Source: Trichoplax adhaerens
Taxonomy: Eukaryota; Animalia; Placozoa
DNA length: 64,000 bases
Direction: 5' to 3'
Assembly: GCF_000150275.1 (NCBI RefSeq)
Contig: NW_002060945.1
Coordinates: forward strand, 1,244,199 to 1,308,198
Of this stretch, positions 53,968-64,000 are shown piece by piece. The stretch's first letter is position 1. The number at the start of each line of letters is the position of its first letter. The notes under the pieces were generated by a model. It was not told the DNA's origin, did no database searches, and saw only the letters and a program-made list of their open reading frames with translations. The position numbers and the translations under genes are program-made.

Positions 53968-56900
53968 TTATTTGAACTTTTGTATGAAACTGTACAGCTC
54001 TTCCGCTAACGCAGATACTTCCGGTTGCCCATTTGTATGAATAATCCGTAACTGTGCTAGAGCTATATATAAGCACAAAATAAGCGGTATTCATTATTTT
54101 AACTTTTAAATTACTTCTTGATACTTCATATAAAATAATTTTTCTTGTATCTTACCAATAGCAATTCGTCTACTAATATCTGTTCTATACTACATTCGGT
54201 TAGCATTTATCCATTGTATACTTACCATCATTCTTCATTTCTTTCGATAGATTCGGTAGCCACTAAAATTATAATATATATTAGTATACATGATTTCATG
54301 TTTTTAATATATTTCAGATATACTATCAATAGACTTCTACCAACACAAAACTATTAATATCAGATTTCGTATTAAGAAAGTAACCATACCTTACACTTTG
54401 ATACCACAGAATGTAAACCAAAGAAGGATGGCATCATATTCTATTACGTAGTAATAACAAATATTTACAAATTAATGTGGGTCTTTAAATCCTAATTACA
54501 CTTAAAAACAAGCAATAACGTATATAACAGAAATGAGTAATCTAACCTTATATTTATTTTGATCAATTAATGATGCAAACAGGTAAATAATCATTCGGTC
54601 ATGCTTTTGGACAAGATCACGTACCTATTACAGTTTAAAATAATAATAATTACGGAATAATTATAGATTTTGCTTAGTAGATACAATTTCAGTAAATGTT
54701 TTATCGAACCTGATCATCACTTGCAAAATTGATCATATCTGCGAATATACTTGTTATCATTTTCCTATCCAAGCCAGGTGACTGTCAACGAGATTATAAT
54801 TACTAATGTCATATAATGATACTCTCTTATTGAATTGGCAGTAAATTATCCTGCTTAATTAAACTATTTTTACCATTTCTGAACATTTAAATATTGTAGA
54901 GACCACATCTTCATCGATCATTTTCTATTTAATGGAAAAAGGAACCGCAAAGTTAATGTGTCACATTCAGATTTCTGAGCTTTAATGATTGATATTTTGC
55001 ATTGGTATTACGTTAATTTCGTTACCTGTACTAGTTCGTATCCATGATAAATTAATCGATTGATAATGGTTAATATCTCCTATAAATTACATTAGTTAAT
55101 TTCCAATAAAAATATATGTATCGCTGTAACAGTATTATTAGTATCAAAACGATATGTTAATAGTTTTGTTGTATTTACTAACCGAAAGATCAGAAGTACT
55201 ATGAATACACTTTTTACGTAATAGATTATGAAGATAGGACAGCACTTTGCTATCTAGCAGAAACTGGTAAAGGGAAATAACAATTAGTTTTGAATAGATA
55301 TCATATTGACAGAGCTATTATAGCATATGAAGTATGAAGATTATTAATTTGTATGAAGTCAAATTCGTTAATTACTTTATTTTCATTGTGAGAAACCTTT
55401 TCAATCGCGAAGTACAACAACTCAACGATAGGATTCTGTCAAGAAAAACGAATACAAGTCTAAAGCAATCGTAGTTTCTAACTCATTGAATATTGCCTAT
55501 TCTACCGATAAATTTACGTTAATTTGTTCACAATTTTCAAGTACCTGCAAATATAATGACTGGCTAGCTACAATTTCGCATGCATAACCAGTAGGAATTA
55601 AATCCATATTTAATTGCCAAAGCTATTAATTTTTAATTTATTAGAATGGTTACTCCGATAAAATAAGTTGATGGACAGCATTTATTTGTGATAGCTGACA
55701 CTTAAACAGTTGCTTTTACAAGAATAAACATCACATAGAATTATGTAATACTTTAAAAAGATAAAATAGCTAACCTCATCATCAGTTTCATCTCTTATAT
55801 ACGAAAAAATTGTATGCCTATTGATTATGATGACAGTCCATGCCTTTAAAATTTCTTTTAATACCTATAATATCGTATATTGAAAAGCTATGGTATAAAA
55901 AGAGAAACATAGTACAATCTTTGCTAATTAATTGCACCGGGTTAAAGTATAAATTAATACTTTGACTGTATTGCTTACTCTTTATATGAATTTCATTTCA
56001 CTACATGTACGTACCTTGACATCATCCGATTTAATTAGCAGAACGACGATTTGCAGCAGCTACAAAAAAGTCGTGAATGATATACCATTTACTTTAGCAG
56101 TAAACACAACGTATAGCAATATTATTTGCAGATATCGTTCATATACCGGAATGATATGAGGAGATTGATATAAATATTTCATGCAAGCATATACTAATGA
56201 CGCTGTTGATCGAAGGAATTGAGTCTAGCGGTGTAAAAAATAATACAAGCTAAAATTAGCAATCGCATGCAAGCTATCATCATAGTACGGTGTAACAGTG
56301 CATTACTTACGGATCTACCCTTTGCGATTACATCGGCAATTTTTTGAACATCATCAACTCTAGTGATTAATATTTCCTCTATAATTTTTAATAAATTGTA
56401 CATCATTAAAATTAATTTATGGCTATGCAACGCTTACTCTTTATTAACTTGAAACCATACCCGCACAATGGATGAGTAGCTGCATCGATTTAATGGCAAG
56501 ATCTTCATATGGAGAAGCTAATAAATTAATCAATACTGGGATACAATCTATTTACATTTAAGTAAAGGATAAAATCAAAATTTTAGATTGACCTGCAGTA
56601 AAGTTACAATCAAGAATAAGTACTTCATTTTTTAAACATTGATAATTTTCACACGAAATCATAACCTGAAGCTATAGGAAAGGAATAAAAATTTGAATCA
56701 CGACTACAAACTGATTCCAATAGTAGCATGATATCCATATCTAGATCGAAACTGCAAGACAAGTTTTAGTTGTAGCGTCAACAAACGTGGATGCTGTTTA
56801 ATTATGAGCTATAATGCAGTATACCTATCGCTTTTTTCTATTAACTGGAATAGTTTTGAAACCAATTCACTTCTATGTCAATGATGATAGACAAATTAAG

Positions 56901-58940
56901 TTGGTAAATTTATTGTTAGACTTGGTTCTGATAAAGTTTTAAATCAGTGACAAGATAGGTGTATGCATATTTTATTGCTTTTACCTAGAACGGTTAAAGA
57001 TAGTACAATCTTGAATATAACCAAACACGTCACCTCTGCAATTTAATTTAATTTAATTCTTTATATTATAATAAGGCTTCCAACGGCTATTTTTGTAAAA
57101 AAACATTAATGTAATGATTGTCTATGTTATAAATTCAAGTTATTTTATAGAAGTAGAATGAGTCAATATAATTTATATCGCTTAATAATTCTCAAGGAAA
57201 ATCTTAGATTCGTGGCTATCAATGATGAAAAAAGAAGTCGATTAAAATATCTGACCTTCCGGCAGCCCAATAGCGATGAGATACTATTCTGGGCAGTAAA
57301 AGTCTAAAATTTCAAGAGCGTCTAGTTATTAATACATGTAAATAAAATTCAATTAAGGTTGATAATAGTATACGTATAGTATAAGCTAACAAAAATAAAC
57401 ACTGATGTTTGCGTTTACTTTAAATGATGTATTGCATTTCGAGTATCATTACAACGTGGACCATGTCGGACATTCTTCTTACAGGGTAAAGACATACATA
57501 TAAAGATATAAAAATAGTAACGATTAGTGTATATAGGTACTGTAGAATTGATATATAAAAAGTTGTATTTAAATATCAAGATACCTCGACTGCGAGTGAA
57601 AAATGATCCAATAAAGCATCAATCTAAAAGTTTAAGATTGAAAAAATTTTGACTATTAAGTTAAATTAGTTAAACCTCATATTGTTATACATCAACGATA
57701 TTTTTCTATAGTAAACACCCAGAAAAATTGTAAGGCTACCAGAATTTGTCTTACAAAGTGTCTTATAATGAACTCAAAATTACAATAGCATGGCTTAGTG
57801 TTTCGTTTTGCGAACATATTTTTATTGGTATGACTAATACCAAAGTTTAGTTACTCCTAATCTTAAATTGTTTTACGCCAATTGAAATGCTTAATTCTAC
57901 TATAACACGCATATAGTCGTGCAGATTGTATTTTGATACACAACCTTTGCTAGATCTTCATCTTCACTGTCATTAGAATCCTATAAAGGAGTATTAAAAA
58001 TTGATTGATGAGAATAGTTAACACTGGTAATATTATTAACATTATGTCAATGATGGAAAAATATTAGTAGTTTGTAATCACCTGCTTTAAACAATTTGTT
58101 ATTGTGATATCAAATATTGTGCATGCAAGTTACCATTTTGTGCCTTTTAGTATTACCGTTGTGTTAGTGGTTATAGTTAACCGACATAACTAGTGAAAGT
58201 AAAGAATTTCATCTAGTACGGTGTTTGTTAATTAAACAAGAAAACCCTAAAGCTTTCGATACTTGTATGTTGCTAATCTACTCAATGTTGTCCCAGGTAG
58301 TATTTGAATGACATTTAAAAGACACACATCATCGATTAGCTAGCTTTCAAAGTTCTGATCTATTCGACAAATGAATGTCATCATTTGGATATTGCATGTG
58401 AAATCATACTCATTGAAGGAATTGTTTTCTATAAGCGTATTTACCTAGGGATCTAGACAATCCTATAGCTTATGATTGAGGTAATTAATCAACATAAAGA
58501 CAAGATTGTCATCTGCTATGGAACATGTTTAGCCGGTCATTTTCGTGATTGAAATGGAAAAATCCTCCAGCGTTAGCAACTACAAAGGATTACTATTGCT
58601 CTTTAATCGCAACAATTATAGATTCCATTAAACCATTAATAACGGTGGAAATTGTGAGAAAAAAATCTAGTAATTATTCAAATTGTATACTCTTATTCTA
58701 CTATGTATAGAATTTGCACACCAAAAAATATTGATCAGACGATTGACGTATACAAACATGACTAAGACAAGGTATTACAAAATGATTACTGCTGTCTTAT
58801 CCCTATTTTCGTTAGATTCATCTATCTATAGCGCAAAACTGCTACTTCATATCCATCCAATACGCCTATTTCAATCACGATTGATTCCTTCTTACCTCAG
58901 TTATCGAATCGTCCTCTTCTAAATCACTGAAACTAGCCAT
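53968..58940 (-). CDS. Divergent importin-alpha-like ARM-repeat protein, paralog D (apparently complete)
   Basis: Start exon 58896-58940 MASFSDLEEDDSITE; DSNDSEDEDLAK; 57585-57623 IDALLDHFSLAVE; 56461-56547 CIPVLINLLASPYEDLAIKSMQLLIHCA; LLQIVVLLIKSDDVK|VLKEILKAW; FLLDSKVLSYLHNLL; KMIDEDVVSTIF; last exon LAQLRIIHTNGQPEVSALAEELYSFIQKFK* with stop at 53968-53970. Confidence 0.8.
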
Positions 58941-60004
58941 AACAACAACGTACGCGTATCAATTAAATTAATGCAAATAGCTAGCAATTCGTTCTACAGC
59001 AGTCGTGTTTGGAATGGAATGGATCGCTAATTCCTCTACTCAATTGCTTTGACTACTTAAAAATCCAATTCAAGTAATATCAGAGTAAAAATATCTAAGT
59101 CGAGCAATTGATGGATATATAATGCAAGTTTGAACTATGTATCCTCACATATGGTGATGAGAATAATAGATTAGTAATTAACGAGCAGCATCCTATATTG
59201 ATGTAGTATCTCCAACTTGTGATTGGTTTTTTGTCCTATTTCTTTAGATAGTATCACATGGCAACTGGCGATTGTCTTTAAGTTATATATAGAAAGTGTG
59301 TATTGTTTTAATGCCATATAGTACGCTATATTATGAAGTGCTGTGTAAGAACTAATCTATGCATTGCTCTTATTATATATTATGAGAGGTGAAAGATCCG
59401 TTATGGGGGATATTGGATTTACTTTCGCACCTCGAGCAGTAGCTCTCGATCAAGCAACCCAGGCGTCAAAGATAAATAATCGAGCCTAAGAATCAATTGT
59501 AATTATCTTTCTAGGGGTGCAATCATTATCCTGCATGTTGCAATCAGCTAGTTTGCACAGAGGATGTCTTCAACGGGATAAATCTATAGGTTTATCCGAC
59601 CCATGGTGGTTCTTTGATGTTCTATACCATGCCAATGAGTCAGTTCATTTCCATATAGTGTATAGGAAAGTATACCAAACAAAATGGAAACGATCATACC
59701 ATAGCCTTAATGTGTTGTGCGATCCTTTTACTGCTTGCAACACAGTGCCGCCATAGCATTTGGAAAAAGGCTCTTTACGGTAGCTTTTTTCCTGTGCTAT
59801 TGAAAGAATGAAGAGGATTAACTAGATAAAAATAAAGTCTGGAAATAAAATTGACTTTTGTATAGAGTAGATCTTTTGGATTAACCTGAAAGAACGATTC
59901 CTACAAATGCTGTACTAGGGCTGTTTGATGCCCAATTCTTAAGGCAGTAATTTAAATAATAAATAGGGGACATTATTATTAATTATTAGTCGTTTAGCTT
60001 AGTA

Positions 60005-61200
60005 TGATCGTGGTGCAGTATTCAAGTCGCCACAAAATTAGAGACGGAATGTTACTTGTTCGTAGGCCTACCATTAGCTCTATTTACTGTATCAAAGTTG
60101 ATAATAATAACTATTTTTCAGTGGTCCGAACAATCTGTTATATGAAATGCTTCCATTAATTGTGGAAATAATATTAGTGATTCATTCGTAATTTACTTCA
60201 GTAGAATCGTAATACAGTATTTAGGAATTTACAAAGTTGCCACAAAATTAGAGACTAAATGCTGTTTATGGGCCTCCCATCAAATCTATTTACTGGATAG
60301 AATTTGATGATAGTTACTTTCGGTAGTCCCGAACAGTCTATAGTATGAAATTCTTCTATTATATAGTTACTTGTGGAAGTACTATCAGTAACCCATTCAA
60401 GGCAGCATTTATAAAATAAATGATTTCTCATATTGTAATAGTTCGTAGTACTATAATTTATGGTTTTATTTTTCAGTAGCCCAGAACAGTCTATCATATG
60501 AGTTTCTTTCGTTAATTGTGAAAATACTATCAGTAACCCAGTTATACAGTAGATTAGTTTAGTCTACAATGGTCGTAAGGCAGCATTTAAGATTTTATGA
60601 ACTTACCTCAAAATTAGAGACGGTATGTTATTTATAGGCCTAGCATCAAATCTTTTCACTGAATAGAAGTTGATAATAGCTATTTTGCGGTAGTCCCTAA
60701 CCGTCTATTATATAAAATTCTTCCATTATGTGTGAGAATACCATCAGTAACCGACTCGCAGTTTGGTTTAATGTAATCGTCGTGCAGTATCTAGAATTTT
60801 ATAAAGTTGCTATAAAATTAGAGGCGGAATGTTACTTATGGGGCCTACCATCAAATCTATTTACCGAATAGAAGTTAATAATAGCTATTTTTCGGTAGTA
60901 CCAAACAGTCTATTGTATAAAATTCTTCCATTAACTGTGGAAATGCAATCAGTAACCCACCCAAGGCACCATTTATGAAAATGAAATCAATTGTCATATT
61001 ATAATAGTTCATAGTAATATAGTTTATGATTTTATGATAACAAAATATATAGAACCTTATCAAAGTCGCAAAAAAATCAGATGGTAAGCCATTGCGGAAA
61101 GTCTACCACTAAAAGTATTCATTAATAATCGATACTATACGATTGCTCCTGAAGCTGATGATAGCTATTTTAGATAGTTCTTAACAATCTATGATATAAC
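60005..61200. repeat. ~210-bp degenerate tandem array with interleaved partial units
   Basis: caaaattagagac.g.atgtta...ggcctaccatcaaatctatttac...gtagtcc.gaacagtctat at ~60032, 60243, 60609, 60813 and 61068. Confidence 0.85.
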
Positions 61201-64000
61201 ATTCTCTCTTTATTTGTTAAAATATCGTCTTCAATCACGTTATAAATTACCTACTATACCGAACATAGCATAATATGAGTTGAAATGTGTGATATAACAT
61301 TCGAGGTGCTCTGTAGTGTTCATTTTATTTTAAAATTTTCCTACATTAATAAAATTGTGACGATAAGATCTATCAGAAATTAGTGGCAAGTAGATACTAA
61401 TAGCCGCGGCACTGTAGATACTTTCATTCACTTGCAACCAAAAATCATGATAAGAAATTGGCTACTCTAGCACCTTTGAAGAGCAATGTGTAGTGATAGC
61501 ATATATATGATATTGAATAGCTATATTGACCTTAATAAACATAGTAATTCGATTTCCTAAAGTTAAGAAAGATCCGATTCTTATTTTAAAATATGCCGGT
61601 AAATTTAAATGCTGTCATTTATTGCACTTTAAGTTGTCTTTATCTTATGATGGCAAAGTTCATTGAAAGGTAAGCAAAAAGAATATCCGTAACTTCACAA
61701 AGAGAAATAAGGGACGGCAGGGTAGAAAATATATTATGCAATAATCCGTAAAACGCTGTGATAATGCAATCTTAAGTCATTGTCCATCCAATGTAGTGTA
61801 GGTTGCAGTATAATTTTTACGTCCTAAAGGAGCATACATAACTTAACTCGAGTCAATTTCTTCCAATATACTTCATAATAATCTAGTCTAATAAAATTTA
61901 ATTGGTACTCTATGCTGAAGAATTACTACGTGCGTAGATGTCTATTGTCACGAACTACACCACAGTAAATCTTATTTAATTCAGGAAATAAGATAAGGCA
62001 AATTAATTACAGCATAGGCGTATTTATTTCCCAGTTGTTCACAATCTTAATATCAGAATGCCCCCTCTGTTTACTAAAGTATTTACCTTTTAAGTTGTAT
62101 TGATAATTAATTACATAAAGTGAAGCATATTTTATCATGATATCATGATATTTAGCATATAAGTATAGGGAACGGAAAAAATCAATCAGTAGTCAATCTT
62201 ATACAGCCTAAACAGTTATTAAGTGGTTTTAGACATTTTTTATAGTAAGGACTAGGATTTTCGACCTATTATCTATTCTATTTTGACAATCAATAATACC
62301 CTTATTGTATGGTTAGATGCAATTTCAGGTCTATTCACTTTCATCTTTGCTTCTGGTTAGTCATATAAAAATGTCAACAGTAACTGAACTGGTCATTGAT
62401 GGCGTTAAAAGTTCTTAACCCGACTAGATTAATGGAATTATTTAATTTATTCCAATAATCTTGATTTTCTTATTAGAATCGACTACACCACGAAATCTTT
62501 ACTGCAGTGATTAGCCTTTACTGCTGTCGTCATGAAACTGAATTTATGAAATTGATCAAGATTTCTGGATCAATCAACTAATATGATCTCATCTATTTTT
62601 GTGCCTGTTACTGTAGGAGATTTATCATTACACCCGTAGTTCTTAGTGCTAAAATAATAGCATTACATGCTTAAAATATTGCCACATTTACTTCTCCAAA
62701 ATCAATTGTACAAGAATATCTTTGTTGCAGTAATTGCCATTTTGTATTTATTGGTGCTAATGATTTTATTTACGAAATCAGTCAAAACTTATCTGCGATT
62801 TCTATCTCATATATTCATATATCATTAAAAAATGCCCTAAATTTTCTTGTAAATCACTGTCATGACGATATATTTATTTGTTTATGTAAGATGGTGCAGA
62901 TTATCACATAATAAAATTTAATCAGCCCTCTGCGCATGCAAATTCACTTCAAATTAATTTTCAATAAAGAATAATAACAATTAATCCTTGTATAACTTCA
63001 AAATAATACGACAGGTACAGTTAAATATATAAATATCCCTTTTCTCGGAGATAAAGGTAACAAAAATTGGCAATTAATTGATCTAGGCAATCATTTGTTA
63101 TATTGTACGATACATTTCGAAATTGTTAATATAACAGAGATAATAATATCAGCGATAGAGATGATTCACAATTTAATAATAAATTTATTGTTAACTGAGA
63201 ATTAGTTAAAGTCACGTTGCCGGTAATTAATAAAGTGAGTATGATACTGATTTTTAATAATTAATCTAATAAACCTTTATTATTTGATACTTATTTACTT
63301 TTCTCGCAGCTAGGAGTAGTTGGGCTTTAAACAAAAATAGGATGGAGGATCACGCACAGGTTTGATATTTGTAGAAATTTTCATGGCTTGTATCCATTAA
63401 AGTGGCCTAGAATTGCCTTTAGTAAATTGATATTCTAATATAATAATCACACTAACATTAAAGCCTATTTTAAAAGATATTTAGGCCACGTAATACTTTA
63501 AATAAAACTATTAGCACTAATCTGTTAAGAGTATTTATGCAGATAAAATGTCTATAAGAATTTAAATGCGAGTATGTAGGTAGCGATTAAAGCGAACTTA
63601 TAGCTTTTAATTTAGTTTATTTATTATAACTAATGTCTTTTAATAAAATCTATTACAACTCATAATTATTGTTATAAAATTCGGACAGCTCATTCAATCT
63701 ATTACTTTTCTAGCCATTGGATGTTGAGCCATTATGGTATATTTGGAAGGTAAGAGTTAAAGTTGATATATCATTTTAGCCATTATTATGGTATCTTCCA
63801 TAACGTGATTGGAATTTCACGAGGCTATTGAAAATATTATATGATAATATTATAGAAACTCGAAGATGCTACAAGCCAATCCCTTATTCGACAACATATT
63901 CATTCTTTAAGGTAAAAGTTTATTATGTAGTTATATCACTAAATCCGAATGTATAAAATATGACTAGTGCCGGCAAGTACATTAATTCAATCTTCTTGGT

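Noticed and set aside
59420-59790. GC-richer stretch with short ORFs on both strands
   Set aside because: No recognisable domain and no consistent splice model.
2102-61063. The other 60-86 aa ORFs in the supplied track as independent genes
   Set aside because: They are chance ORFs, antisense shadows, or exon-plus-intron read-throughs of the ARM genes (e.g. 2102-2362, 10087-10275, 48447-48707, 56194-56430).

Overview
AT-rich eukaryotic genomic DNA with many short GT-AG introns; the style suggests an early-branching animal such as a placozoan (inference only). The ORF track misses almost all the genes because they are split into small exons, so I spliced them by hand. (1) A giant leucine-rich-repeat GPCR (LGR) on + at 28263-46392: signal-peptide exon, LRRNT exon, 49 readable single-LRR exons (mostly 72 nt, all phase 2-2), then one exon with a relaxin-receptor/type-C-like hinge and 7TM domain. 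It is about 1,550 aa, has no LDLa module, and its N-terminal block has strictly alternating Cys-paired repeats. (2) Four tandem, highly divergent importin-alpha-like armadillo-repeat genes on - (A 1-4930, B 7156-~11475, C ~46722-49935+, D 53968-58940). They share exon structure but have lost the WxxxN NLS-binding motifs, and the LGR sits in the middle of the array. (3) Two solo LTRs of one family (11730-12284, 50383-50932), a probable decayed rhodopsin-type GPCR with an insertion, several unrelated degenerate tandem repeats, and a 50-N gap inside the LGR. All gene models are manual and lack transcript evidence.
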